In this document: positions 13,255 to 27,517 of the stretch, one piece after another
Position numbering within the stretch: the stretch's first letter is position 1
Layout of the letters: each line of letters begins with the position of its first letter
Assembly (NCBI GenBank): GCA_026026165.1
Contig: JAPEUD010000064.1
Location: 62,001 to 126,000, forward strand
Origin: Sarea resinae
Taxonomy: Eukaryota
DNA: 64,000 nt
Direction of reading: 5' to 3'
Notes under the pieces: generated by a model
Databases searched by the model: none
The model's input: the letters and a program-made list of their open reading frames with translations, nothing else
Told to the model about the DNA's origin: nothing
Translations under genes and position numbers: made by a program

Positions 13255-14280
13255 ATTGTCTGATACTGTAGGAGCTCGTCAACGTCTGTTCAAGGCTTCG
13301 GTCTGAAGTTGCAACTTACTTTTAAGATTCTTTGAGAATCAGACGTACTCTATATGTCTGGACTGATACAGCTGGATTCGAAGCGAAAGGTTGGAGGACC
13401 ACCCCAGATATATGGAGGCCATCCTCTATTATTCGCTCATCCCTCCGAAATGATGCCGTTCTAGATGATGTACATCCCAGCCATACCCCAGACATGATAC
13501 CCGTCAATCTATCAAAACTCTAATTAGATCGGCATTCATCGTGTTGTATCACTGTCATTGGTCTTCATCGTGGTGCATCACATTGGAGGCATAGCAGAGA
13601 GAGGAGGCTGGATGAATCAGGCCGAGTCATGATAGGCTTGTTCCTCCGGCCAGCAAATCGCAAATCGACCGAGGGCTATGTCCCCCACCGCCGACGTAAG
13701 CTGGGGTAGCAAGTAGAGTGGAAAACGACCTAAAGAGCAAGATCTGCACGCGATGTCAGAGTTCGACCGCAATCGACCAGGGTTGCGAGTCGAAGTCTTG
13801 GTCTGGAACAGGCACTTTGATCATCAAATACCCAATTGCCAAGGAGAGGAGGAGGGAAAGACGAAACTGCTGCGGACGCCCGTCCATGTCCATTCGTCTT
13901 TGTCGTTCTGGTGCTCCTACTATGAAGGAAGGAGCTACCTAACAAGCCCATGAGAATTACTGTGGTCGTGGAAGAAGCAAAGACCGAGGTTCATAGTCTC
14001 AGAGGTATCTCTGGACGGACATCCAGGCCGGGTTGGGTCCCGTTCGGCGAAGCGGACGGATACGAGAAGAAGACTCCAACAATCATCTCGGCTTGCCGTG
14101 CCACTCTGGGTACTGTACTGGAGCGATGCACCTCGAATTTAGTCTCCCAGAGGCTGTCCGACAGAAGCAAGAGAGAAGGCGTCCACAGGGACCAGTGGAT
14201 AATCTTTGTGGGGAAGTCGGGGACATCGGGGGGATTCGCGGAGATCCTCCAGGCCTGGCTGCGGGGAAGTGACCGTTGCT

Positions 14281-14313
14281 GTCCCCTCCTAGTCCCCTCC
14301 TAGTCCCCTCCTA
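14281..14313. repeat. 11-bp tandem repeat GTCCCCTCCTA x3
   Basis: Direct reading. Confidence 0.9.
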
Positions 14314-15407
14314 GGAGCACTACTTTAGACTCATGTGCCTGGCGCTGAAGGGAGGATACGATGACGACGAAGGCTACTCGCGTAGCTGGAGATGCCCACA
14401 CCTCCACGCTTGCTTGCATCGAGCTGATCCGCCGCAAGAATCAATACGGGTCGAGGACAATACGCGGCAGAGCCACGAAATGACTCGGGGTAGAGGTTCG
14501 GGGTAACCGAGATGAATCGGGCAAAGCCGAGTACTTCAGACAGTCGTCTCGCAGTCATGAAATTTACGGTAGTATATCCACTTCCCACCTGTGAAGCGTT
14601 GCGTTCCTGTCCCTCTGCCAGAGACCTTCCCATGGATTCTTCTGCGCTGATCTCACCGAACACCTTCTCTTGCTGCACTGATCGGCTGACTAATGGGAGG
14701 ACGGACTGACGGGGCGACGGGGCTTGCAGCTCGGTATCAGGGTCACTGTGCTCAAGAATCCACGCTCCATAGGTAGGTACCTCACTGCGCAGTAGACATC
14801 CTCAAGCTCTTTTTGCTACTGCTACGAAGGAGCCATCGTTGATATTGGTGCCCCCATCTCTACCGATAGCTTGCAGAGCTTCTCTTCTCTTCTCTTCTCT
14901 TCTCCATTGTGACCGGGTGAATGCCTCTCATCCTTCCGTTGTACTTGATCACGGGTCGAAGTGAGTCCATTGGAGGAACCAGGGACCCGTCCACGGCAAT
15001 CCAGAGATGGGATTGGCATCTCGCGAGAAACGTCCTCGGAGCGTTGGCATCGCGACCAAGCCTACTCGAGCCTCAGTCAAAAGCCCTCGGGCGATGCCTC
15101 CCGTCTGGAGGTGTCTGGAGAGAGATGATGGATATCAGCGTGGAGCATGAATAGGCGAGGAGACGAGAACATCAGAGATCCAGTACGAAGTACTCATGAC
15201 TTAAGATGTGGCTCTGCAAGGGCGGCATACTGAAGTATTCAGTACTCGAAACGTGAAAGCTGCATCCATAGCTACCTAAGCGAGTCGCCGAGTGGATCTT
15301 CCCGTCGCGCTTGTCGTCCATCGCATTGCTCTGACTATCACCGACATTCAATCAATTTCTCTCATTACCCCCATTGCCCCTCCTGAACCCACGGCTTTGC
15401 CTCCTGA

Positions 15408-16439
<1,032 letters not shown>

Positions 16440-16873
16440 ATGGGGAAAGCTCTTTCTGGGATATTCTTGCGTAGGCGGAGATTTCATGCGGCGTAAATGC
16501 TATCATAGCACGGAGTTTGATATGCGGAGAAAGAGAACCTTCCAAAAGTCTTTCAAGGGAATGTTTGTACTCTATCTACGATGCCATAGAATAATGATGA
16601 TAGACTCTCGTGCATTCTGGAACCTTCGCAAATTCATTCGATTGTGAGGTCGCAGATACCGCTGTAAATCAATGCTCTGGTCTGGTGCCCACCGGCGTAA
16701 TAGCGGGTCGTGGGGTAACTACTGGGTAACTTCGTACCTTCCGTATCCTCGGACCCTGATCAACGTCAGTCCGGCCTCAATACCTCACCAGAGAAACACA
16801 GCCGTTGCCTGAATTCTCTGCTACTGTGCCTCTCCAACCAGTCTAATCTACGCTCATCACCTTGAAGCCGATC

Positions 16874-17695
16874 ATGTTGATTATAGGTCTCACCGGCTCC
16901 ATAGCCACCGGCAAATCAACAGTCTCTTCTCTTCTCTCACAAGAGCCTTACACTCTCCCCCTCATTGACGCCGACATCCTCGCCCGCAAAGTCGTCGAGC
17001 CTGGCACCAACGGCTACAACAAAATTGTCTCTTACTTTGGCTCTACAACACCTGATCTTCTCCTTCCAGCTTCTCAAGTCGGCGAGAATGGACCTGACGG
17101 CAAGGGCAGGCCCCTCAACCGCCCCGCCCTCGGCAGACGTGTATTCGGTGACTCCGCCGAGAGAAAGAGAGACCGCCAAGTCCTCAACGGGATCGTTCAT
17201 CCGGCGGTACGATGGGGGATGCTGAAAGCGATGCTGCGGTATTATGTCCAGGGCAACTGGGCCGTGGTCGTAGATGTGCCGTTGCTCTTTGAGTCGCGAC
17301 TCGACATGTTTTGTGGGACAGCCATGGTGGTCGCGGTACGGGATCCTGATATCCAGATGCGACGATTGCGTGCCAGGGATCCACACCTGAGCGCCGAGGA
17401 TGCGAAAAATCGAGTTCTGAGTCAAGTGGATGTGCGAGAGAAGGCGCGACGGGCAGAGGCTAGAGGAGATGGGCGAGGCGTGGTCCTATGGAATGATGGA
17501 GAGAAGGAGGAATTGAAGCTGGAAGTGGGAAAGGTCATGAGGAGGATAAAAGAGGATAGTCCGCGGTGGTGGAGCTGGCTTTTGCTGGCGATGCCGCCGT
17601 TGGCTGGACTGGCGGCTTCCTATGCCGTGGCCCGTGGATGGATGAGTGCGAGGAACTGGGAAATGGAGCAGCAGAGGGAGAGGGCGAAGTTGTGA
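16874..17695 (+). CDS. CAB5: Dephospho-CoA kinase (CoaE/Cab5 family)
   Basis: MLIIGLTGSIATGKSTVS P-loop, IDADILARKVVEPG, LNGIVHPAV, VVDVPLLFE and a C-terminal hydrophobic segment. Confidence 0.95.
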   Translation: MLIIGLTGSIATGKSTVSSLLSQEPYTLPLIDADILARKVVEPGTNGYNKIVSYFGSTTPDLLLPASQVGENGPDGKGRPLNRPALGRRVFGDSAERKRDRQVLNGIVHPAVRWGMLKAMLRYYVQGNWAVVVDVPLLFESRLDMFCGTAMVVAVRDPDIQMRRLRARDPHLSAEDAKNRVLSQVDVREKARRAEARGDGRGVVLWNDGEKEELKLEVGKVMRRIKEDSPRWWSWLLLAMPPLAGLAASYAVARGWMSARNWEMEQQRERAKL

Positions 17696-18056
17696 CTAAA
17701 CAACTCCTAATCTCCCAATTCTCTTCGCATTCCTTTTATATTGTGATGAGGCTTCACGAACGAGACGCCCACTTAGGTGCATTGGCATTAATTTCGATGT
17801 TGGTCTATGGTAGGGGGCTAATCCATCTGTCACTCACGACGGTTTAAAATGGCTTCAGGGCAGTTCAAGGGCTACTGCGTCATGGACCTATGTGGGTCGC
17901 TCTTTCTAATTGAAAGCTATCGTGTTATCGTCAAGAGCTATCCAAATACGGAAATCGCCCTCTGGCGACACTCACAGTGCTCGCTAGACTTCCTGGCGTG
18001 CTGCTCAATGTCCAACTGCACAACAGATAATTGCAAGCACCTGAATATCGACCAAA

Positions 18057-20968
18057 ATGTGTCCTTCGGGCTCGTTCGGAGATGCTCTTCTCGACTGGAT
18101 ATCAGACGGCAATGGAAGGAGACAACGCAGAAGCAACGTTCGCGGTAAAGCTAAAATTCTAGCTCAAGCTCAGACGAAAGAAACAATCCAGGCAGAAGCA
18201 GCAGCAGCAGCAAGGTCTGGACCGCTACAGCCAAAAGACGCAGTCATAATAGTTCCTATGCAGAATACTCAGACTACAGGGGGATTACAACCAGCAAAGA
18301 CTTTAGAATCAAAGACGGCAGCTGTACCACCGAATACAGCTTTCCTTGAAAAGAGAGACCCCTCAATACCGGCGCCAAAACCCCCACGGGCAAAATATTC
18401 CGATGAGGAACTCGAATCGGAAGAGGAAGCAAAACCCTCAAAGATAATTAACCGGGGAAAGCGCACAGAGGTTAGGACACTGAGTCTGAGCAAACGAGCA
18501 GCTATGAGAAAGGAAGACGATGAAGCGTCGGATAGACCAGAAAAGATTATATATTTTGTTGAGCCCTCACCGCCAGCCTCGCCGAAGACGTATCATTACA
18601 TCGTTCCCTCAATATTAACTCCGAATGCCAGCAGTTTTCCATGCGCTCTTTCTAAGAAACATAAACCGTACCAGCCCGAGTTCAATACGCAATACGAGCA
18701 CGTTGAGCCTACCATGTCACGTTCAACTAGAATAAAGAGCCCCTCGGAAGATTTACAGCCAACTCGGAAAGGCAAATCAATGCATGCCGCAGAGGATCGC
18801 AGGAAACGCTGTGAGAAAGAAAGAGGCAAATCTATCAAGAAGCAGGAGAAGAACATCACACCGAAAGACTCGCTGAAGACGCCTGCTCAGCTGGCCGCCG
18901 AGGCTGGATACAACACATGTTCCGACAGCCCAAGACCGCATCCAACTTCGGCGCTCGGTTCTATTGGTGCCAAGACGGCTATGCAAAGGACTGCCGCTCC
19001 AGGCGCAATGCAGCGGCAGTCAGTGTGCCCGTGCAAGGAAACATGCTCTGGTTGCGACTGCGGATGTTGCTCATATTCAACACGGCTACCCACGCGTTGG
19101 CAAGTAGACGTAAGCTGTAGATCGGCCAGCACTGGCAAGGAGCCTCACGTTGAGACGTGCGAAGATACAACATGGAGACAGTCCTCCTGTGAGTGTAAGG
19201 AGCTATGCTCTGGTTGCGATTGCGAATGTTGCTTGAACCTACAGCGTCTAGCGCCGCGTTGGCAGAAAGACGGGGGATGCAAGCCAGTCAATAGAGGAGA
19301 GAGGTCTAAAGGTACGCAGTAAAAGGGATAGTCTTTTCTGACGTGTTTTGAATTTGTAACTTAGGAGCCAACATTGAGCGCGGAAATCTTGTTCTCCAAG
19401 ATACTGGCACCTTTCCAAGTCTTAGGCCTTATCGCCAGCCTGAATTTCAGACCCTGAATCAAGATTATAATGTCACTGGTTCTGGGCTTCCCGAGGCAAA
19501 GACAGCATCTCAAAATCAAAGCATCCCCGGGTGGTCTAACTCATATACTTTGGGCTCAAGCCAGGAAGCATTGAACCCCCGTGTAGAATTGGATTCGCAT
19601 GAGCGAGTAAGGAGGTGGAGAGCTGATCAGGAGTGCGAGGAGGAACAGAGACAGCACCAGGTATAAAACCAAGTCAATGTATGCTGATCTAGAGTACAAC
19701 ATGTATATATATATATATATATGTATTGAACTTACTGACAACGAGCTCGTCGTGAAAGGGAGCGACAGACAGGCTAATAACGTGAGGCACAGATACAGCG
19801 AGAGCGGCACGCCCGCCATGATACCTTTGAGCGATTAAAAAGATACCGAACTCATGATGAGTGGATACGAGAAAGAGAGGAACGGCAACGAGAGCAGGAA
19901 GCTCGGGTAGAGTGGGAATCCGCTTGTCGGGAAAAGGAGCGCGAATGCGAGCTTGAAAGGGATCGGCAGGCCGAACAACAGCGTCAGAAGGAACAATACG
20001 AGCGAGAGCTGCAGAGGCCGACGAGTTGGGCCCGCGGCGTGGCGGAGGACGAAGAACGACAACGCCGTCATACACAAGAGCTTCGGGATGACCAGTCCCG
20101 CTTCCAGGATGGACAGGGACACAGTTCCCGCCACGGCTCCCGGCGATATCGCCGAAGTGAACCTGCTGATTTGGATGCGAGCACCGAGGCTCTCCTCTCT
20201 TCTCCTGCGCCTGGTTTTGGTTACTCTCCATCTGGCGCCTATCGCCCGGCCCCAGCGCCATCGGCATCCTATCGGCACCACACAAGCGCTTCCCAGGATG
20301 GTTATCGTTACGGCGAAAGTGACGATACCAGCTTTCTCGAGGCTGAACGTCGCGAGCATGATGATGATGCTCGTCGTTGTCGTGCTAGCTATGGTGGCCA
20401 TGAACCAGGCATTCGAGTCCACGACAACGACGACAGAGCAAAGGGAGTGGGCGCGGGCATGGACAAGCGTAGCGGCACGGGCAAGGGCAAGCATCACGTC
20501 TCTTTCGCAGCCTACGACGAGGAATTTTCTCCGCCAGCGTCCTATTTGAACTCCCCGTCGGTGTCTCCATCTACGTCTCCGTCTCCACCTCGGCGCCACT
20601 CGTCTTCTTCTTCTTCTTCTTTCGCTCGTCGTCGACGACCAGCGGCTCGCGCGTCGTCATCTCCTCATCCGTCATCGTCGTACCATCCGTCAGTGTCTTC
20701 CCACTCCCGTGCCATGGATAGATCGCACAACGGATCCCCTGATGCAAGATACGTGGACCCAGATCTAGACCAGGACCGTGATCCTTCTCGTCATCGTCAT
20801 CGTCATCGTCATCGTCCCCACCCTCACTCTCACTCGCAACCTTACTCTCACTCTCAATCTCATCCACAGCCAGAAACCTCGACGCTGAGCCGGCGACAAG
20901 CAAGGCCATATACCGACCGGTACGATGACAGGCCTCGGATGGATGGGGCTCGAGGACGAGCGGCGTGA
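18057..20968 (+). CDS. Orphan low-complexity protein, ~908 aa, with tandem Cys-rich module and charged coiled-coil; predicted introns 19312-19364 and 19661-19792
   Basis: Splicing GTACGC..CTGAC..TTAG and GTATAA..GCTAAT..CAG joins ORF 18057-19322, an open middle exon and the frame of ORF 20039-20968 into one uninterrupted frame (1255+296+1176 nt). Confidence 0.65.
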
Positions 20969-20984
20969 GATGGGGGAAATTCCT

Positions 20985-21362
20985 CGCTAGGCCAGACCAG
21001 ACCAGGCTAGGCCGGATGAGAGCAGGCCGGGTGAGCTGAGCTGAGCTGAGCTGAGGTGGGGTGAGGAGTGGTGGAGTGGAGCGGAGTGGAGCGGAGTGGA
21101 CTGGATGGAATTTTGAGGTTTGGTGTTGGTGGCCGTGTTGATGGTCTCGTTGATGCCGTTGTCTATGCTATTGTTGTCGCTGGTGTCGGTGTCGGTGTTG
21201 ATGTTGACGTGGATAGCAGTATCAATATCACCATCACCATCACCATAATAATCCAATACATACCCCCTTCTAGCACAGGCACAGGCACAGGCACACGCAA
21301 ACACACAGTGTGCAGTTTACTGCCGCTTTGCTTCTACTGCGTCGTCATTACCTAGCTCCTCT

Positions 21363-21439
<77 letters not shown>

Positions 21440-21640
21440 TATTCTCTCTCTCTCTCTCCCCTTTTCAAAAAAGGAGAATTGGTTTTCTAGTCCACATAGC
21501 CCACATTAGACGAGACGAGACGAGACGAGACGAGACAAGGCAAGGCAGACAAATAGATAGATAGACAGCCAGATGGATAGATGGCTGGAGATAGCCAGGG
21601 ATAGATAGTTAGATGGGTAGACAGACAAGTAGATAGGAAG
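20985..21640. repeat. Dense microsatellite cluster: (GAGCT)n, (GGAGT)n, (GGCACA)n, (CT)~34, (GAGAC)n, (ATAG)n
   Basis: Direct reading; it lies in the convergent 3' intergenic region. Confidence 0.9.
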
Positions 21641-22172
21641 TTCCTAGGTGTCAATCGCCGCCTCGTTGCCTCCCTTGTGCGCTAAGCCTTATCATATCAT
21701 GTTCATGTTCAGGATAATTATTGTCGTTGTCATCAGTGTTGTAGTAGTTGCTGTTATTGTCGTTGTCGTACTCTTTCGGTGGCTTGATGGCTCGGCGGCT
21801 CGGTGGCTCGGGCAGGGGGGGAGCCGGTCCGTGGCTTACTGTCATTCAATCATTGCAGGAAACGAGAGGAGAGGAGAGGAAAGCAAAGGCAAGGACGGGA
21901 AAAAGGGCAATATCTGATATTCGCTAGGTGCGGGGCTGTGAGCCAAGGCTACGAGGATATCGGGTGGTCAGGCTCATAGCTACCTAGTAGATAATCGAAA
22001 AGGAAGATAGATAGGTACATGGTCAGATAGCCCAAAGCTCAATAGTTAGAAGCTCATTGAACAACTATTTGGCTGAGCCACAGAACTCGCACGCATCATG
22101 CACACCTTTCAGCTCTTTCAGTCCCTTCATCCCCATCCGTTCCGTACCCCCTCTATCAACAAAGAACAAAAC

Positions 22173-25100
22173 TCAAAGCTTCGACTCCAACTCCTCGAAC
22201 TCGCTGAGATCCCGGACGGCCCTCGCACCGGCCGTGATAGCTAGGCCGGCCTTGAAGGCATACACGTCCTTGATGACGGTAGCGCTGGAGGCGGTATCGA
22301 GCAGTGCGGCGTCGGCGACAGGGTCCTCGTCGCTCTCGCCCTTGTCTTCCGTAGCGCCCTCTTTGCCAGCGGATGACTTCGAGCTGGTGGTGGTGGTGGA
22401 GGGGAGGATCTCGATGCCCAGGCTCGGCAGCACGGACCCAAGGAGCTGTTTGCCCTCCACGAGCAACGTGTCCACCTTCTCCTTCTCGACTTTCAGGTCT
22501 TCGCTCAGGTACGTGGATACGGCCTTGACGATGGCAGCCTCGTCGCCTTTGGCTAGATCAACCTTCTCGAATCGATGCGTCAGTTTCTCCGTCTCAGCTG
22601 GTACGCCGACCGAGTTGAGATACTTGGAGAGCGTGGAGATGAGCGAGGTGAGCTGTTCGGCCGGTGTGGTCTTCTCGGCGATCGACTTAGGCGAGGCTTG
22701 CGCGATGAGGTGGATGGAGACTTTGGCGCGCGTGGACGTGGATGCCGGATGGACATAATGCGTGAAGAAATCTTGCATGTCCTGTTTCGTCAGAGGGGTG
22801 ATATGGGCCACATCCTTGTCGACTGTTGAACATAGTCAGCACGGGATTCAAGAGATGAAAGGTCAAAAGAGAAAAGGTACCCTGCTCGAAATCAAAATAC
22901 TCGCTGCCGATGTGGTTCCAGAACCGGACACTCTCCTGGTTGAGGTTCTTGAGTTTCTCCTGGCGCTTGTTGATAAGACTACGTTTGAAGCCTTCGAATT
23001 CCTCCGTAGGCATCTTCTCTAGTATACTTGCGTAGCGAATCAGGAATGAGTTGATCCTCTTCTCGAGATACTCCGGTGGCTTCTCGCTCTGAATGATGAT
23101 CCGATAGCTGATCGTCGTGGCGGCCATTCGCACCCCGGAGAGCACCACGTAACCCAACTGCTCCTTGGTACGAAGTTGATGGAATGCAGGCTCATCTGCC
23201 ATCTGAGCTAATAGCAACGTCTTAGCCCTCAACGAGGAATCGGAGTTCTCCCCGACAAAGAGAAGATACTCGATGCAGTGATTGATGTTGGCCGGGTCTT
23301 TTAGCGTCCGGGGATACACGTAGTTGCTTCCGCCCGGGAAGATGGGCGATCGTCGAATGTTCCATTGAGACTGGGGCAAAGAGCGCGGCTTCAGGATAGA
23401 TTCCACCAGGTCGGTGATCTTCAAGGCATCTTCCTTGTAGAGATTACCGTGGATGAGCGCTTCCACGTGTGCTTGGCGGATGAGCTGCGGGAAGAAAACA
23501 ATGATGTCTTCGGCGGTAAGATGGGAGAGCTCGTCCAAGTATTGTGAACCAATCCAACTCTTCTCACTGTTGAGCCATCTTGTATATTCTCCAACTTGGG
23601 AGTACGGCTGTTGAAACTCTGCATTGCGAAGGCGCCGCATCGTTCGCTCCTTGATGATTTTGAATCGATCTGGCTTGACCTCTAGATCTCTCATCGAAAC
23701 CAGCACCTTCTCCAACAGGACAGGCATTTTATCATTATAACCGCTAAGCTCGACGTCCAACCCGACAGCATTACAGCTGAGCATGTAGTCCAGACCGGCA
23801 ATCTCGGCATCATAAGAATACTCCACAAGCGCATCCTTGACCAGCTCGCAGAAGAGACTAGCCTTCACGAAGGACTCTGGCGTGGTGTTGACGAGTGGAT
23901 TCCTTATCGTGACGAAGACGTTGGCCTTAGGGACCCAAAATCGGTCATCTTTCTTCCACCACGCTCGCACCTTGTCATCGTTGCGCAGCAAGACAGGAGC
24001 TCTCGTCGGCTCTTTGACCTCCTTCTTCTCGACTTCCAGCTTCTTAGGAATGAATTCGTTCACGTGTGGCAGACGCAGAGCGGAAGGTCGCTCCGAAGGA
24101 CCACTCTCTGCTGCCTTCTTGATCTCAGCCAGCGTATCGGCGGGAATTTTTTCGCACCTGTATTCCGTCCCATACCACCGCTCTTTCTGGTCCCAGTCCC
24201 CGGGATATTCCTGACTGACGACGTTGATTCGGAAATTATCGGGCCGTAGATATGAGAGGCCCCTACTGATGGCCTCCGAGTCGAATTTCCTGATGAGACT
24301 GGTATTGCTCAACAGTCGATCCCTCGGAAGGGGCTTTTGCATGATATGAGCTAATTTGCTCGTGAATCGGCTTGCCGGGGTTTTCTGCTTGAAGCGAAAG
24401 TCAACCTCCGCCATGCGCATCATCTCTTCGACGATCCATTTCTGCGGAGGCGTGTCGCGCATCAGGGCAATGTATTGGAAGATGATCTTCACAATCTCTG
24501 GGTAGTTCGCCAGTCCTTCTTCGGTAAGTCGTATCGAGATGGTGAACAGAGCGGATCCCGGACACAGTGGCATCGGTCCCGATGAGAGGCCATTAGCCCA
24601 ACCCTTGGCCTTGATGTATGCCAGGATGCTCCCTGGTCCCTCGTGTCCGATGAGATGGCTCAGGTAGCGACTAGGCTGAGATTCGTAGTACTCTTCCTCG
24701 TCCTGATAAGGGAAATACACATCGAGCGACCTCGTATCCATGACTGGCTTGACGAAGATCTGGGTTTGCAATTCCTTTTCAGTCAGGGGTTGCTCGTCGT
24801 CCCACCGATTTCGAGGTAGGTCCTTGTTCCGCGCACCAGAGAAAAACTCTTCGACCCAACTCTCCAACTCGTCCAAGGACTCCCGGCCAAGCACGACCAG
24901 CTTCATCCGGTTCGCAGAATATTCCTTCTCGTGAAACTTCATAAACTCCTGTTGAACATCGACACCTCGTTTTCGTGGTGCATCTCGCAAAGTCTCGAGG
25001 TTGCCGGTGGAAAAGTGATGATAGGGATGCTTCGTGTTGGAAAGTGCTTTGTTCAGCTGGTGTATCCGCCAATCGTCAATCTGGAGATTCTTCTTGTTCT

Positions 25101-25945
25101 CCGAATCAACCGCCCTGAGCTCTCTGTCCAATGTCTCGGACAGGAAGAGAGGGGAGATGAAGAACTGCGCGAATCGATCGAGAGCACCATACAACGGTGA
25201 TGCTTTTGGGTCGGCCGTAACATCTGTACAAGCATCTGTGTCGCCATTTGATGACCGGGCTGCTATTTCAAAGTAGAAGTTGGTCGAAGTAGCGGCCGTG
25301 TAGGCGTTGGAGTAGCCGGAGTGGGCAGAGAGATACTGGCTATACTCGTTCTCTTTAGGATACTAGATGGCCTTTAGCATATGAAGGCGCTCAAAGGGTA
25401 AATGAAACCACCTTCTCTGTGCCCATGAACAACATATGCTCGACACAGTGTGCCAGCCCCTCAAGGTCTGATGGGTCGCTGAAGTTTCCGACATTGACAT
25501 CCAAAGCGGCGCTGGCCTTGTCGGTATCTGGATCATGGACTAGCAGCGCCTCCAATTTATTGGCCAGGCGAATGACTCTGTAAGACCGATCATCGAGCGA
25601 CGGCTTCTCCAAGTGGTCGGCGAGACGTTCTGCTGGTGGCACCGAACGAGCATTGGTCGGGCTAGATGCTGGCGGCGAGCGAACAGACATGGTTGCGAAA
25701 GTCGCAGAGGGTTTTGAGAATGAGGTGAAAGAGCGAAGTCGTCGGAGAGAGGAAGAGTGAGATGCGGGCACGAATGACAAGGAGCGTCTGGATTGGAGGT
25801 GTGTGCGCGCACTGATAGGACTCTGCGCGTCCTGCAGGGCGATAGGAAATGTGAGCGATGCACGAGTTACACGTAGAGGCGACGAGCAGGACAAAGTGAG
25901 AGGAGTTCTCCAATAGCGGCGGGCTGAGCTGACTGAAGATGTCAT
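22173..25945 (-). CDS. STE23: Insulysin / a-factor-processing metallopeptidase (M16A, Ste23-like); introns 25363-25411 and 22823-22880; alternative start at 25690
   Basis: Inverted zinc motif HCVEH in GLAHCVEHMLFMGTEK|YPKEN, plus GALDRFAQFF, AVDSENKKN, HLIGHEGPGS, WWKKDDRFWVPK and QLRTKEQLGYVV. Confidence 0.95.
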
Positions 25946-26025
25946 ATATACAATTCCGCGCCAGTGAAGGTCGAAGAGCGATCGGACGGGATGGTAGAGA
26001 GAGTGGAGATTGAAGAGTGGAGATT

Positions 26026-26070
26026 GCAGAGTGCAGAGTGCAGAGTGCAGAGTGCAGAGTGCAGAGTGCA
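26026..26070. repeat. 7-bp tandem repeat (GCAGAGT) x~6 upstream of STE23
   Basis: Direct reading. Confidence 0.9.
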
Positions 26071-26716
26071 GAGAGAGTGTAGAGTAGAGGGTGGAGAATT
26101 GGACGGTAAAGAAGTGAAGTGTGAAGGTCGGAATGGAGATGATTAATGCGATTGTGTACTTACACGGCCGAGACCTCGAAGTCTGAGTTCGGGAGGCAAG
26201 ATTGACGACGCGGATAGATGCTTGAAGGACGAACAGAATGATGAACTTGAGAGGTTCAATTCTTTCTCTCCAGGAAGGAAGGAGAAGGACAACGGCAAGA
26301 GAAGATGAGGGCGAGCAAGAAAAGATGATCAATATATAGCTCCCATCACGTTTATCACTAGCATCACATTTTCGTCGTAGCTGAGCACCTTGGTGGTGAT
26401 GTTAACCGTACCTGGAGCCTGTAGGGATCGGCGGCCAGGTGGACGAATTGACCTCATTATTCCTCACATTGTGGTGTCTACGGAGTACGCCCATCAAATG
26501 AGATTTTCACGTCCAGATGGCGCTGGCCTTTCTCTTTTCCATGGTGTTGTTGCCCTTTCTGGCCATGCCCCGGGGTCTGGATCTACGGCCTCCGATCAGG
26601 AAGCTGATCGCATCACCCATGGCGTGAACGGATACAGTCACAACCAGCTAATATATATGATCTTCGATACGAATCATCTGTACAAATGATGAGCCCCCGC
26701 TATCCCTTCATCGAAA

Positions 26717-27517
26717 TTAACGCTGCCCAAATGCTTCATCCGTGATCCGCTGTGATTCTTCCACCTCGGCAGCATCGCCCGTAGGACCCAACGGATAGGA
26801 CGTCTTAGGAAGCGATTCCAGGTGGGCTCTGTGCTTCTCGTGGGCCTGCACGTAATATCAGTAAGGGAAGGTCAAAGGGAAGGCTCGCGAAAAGAAACAC
26901 AATGGGAGACCCACAAAAGGCACACCGCAGTACGTGCACCAGCAAATCTGAGGCTTGTCGACATTGATGAAGATTCTGGGGTGTCCGAGTGGTCCTCCAC
27001 CACCATCGCATGAAACTCTGCTTTCCTTTTGCCACCGGACAGGCTGCTTGTGGATCAGCTCGATGGCGGCGTAGGGTTGGGGCTATAGATCGACCGATCA
27101 TTCATTCAATTAGCCATCAATCCCACTTCAGTTTAACGGGAGACATCATGTCCGCAAGTTCCGGGAGCCTTGATGCTATGTTCGTACCTGGTATTCCATG
27201 ATCGTCTGCTCAAATCTCGGTCCAACCATAGCCTTGTCCCTGGGGTTTTGACTCCGCGCCCATACGTCCTTCCGGTTGGGAGCCTGCATCTTTCGCTGGG
27301 CTTCGCCCTCTTCGGGGGCCTCTTGCAGCGCATAGTCAAATTGAGACGTGGAGCTGGTGGGAGTTGCGTTCGTTGCGGAGACGTTCGGCACGGTCTTGGG
27401 GGGGTTAGGATCGTTGGCCGGGACGGGATTGTCGGTGGCGTAGCTGCGACGCAATGTCGCAACGGGCACACGTCGAGCGCATAGTGAGGGGACTCGCAGA
27501 CGAGCGGTGGACAGCAT
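26717..27517 (-). CDS. NDUFS6: NADH:ubiquinone oxidoreductase zinc-binding accessory subunit (NDUFS6-type); introns 27083-27187 and 26846-26914
   Basis: Arg-rich presequence, then QAPNRKDVWARSQNPR..GPRFEQTIMEYQ|PQPYAAIELIHKQPV..VSCDGGGGPLGHPRIFINVDKPQICWCTYCGVPF (zf-CHCC motif). Confidence 0.93.

Noticed and set aside
13700..15200. Short ORFs between the membrane gene and CFIm25
   Set aside because: No coherent frame, splice pattern or motif.
19689..20599. Antisense and alternate-frame ORFs over the orphan gene, and similar ones over the SDR, PKS and BCS1
   Set aside because: Shadow ORFs caused by GC-rich codon usage of the real genes.
25946..26332. Upstream extension of ORF 25391-26332
   Set aside because: Non-ATG start, and it runs through a 7-bp tandem repeat. 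This is UTR/promoter of STE23.
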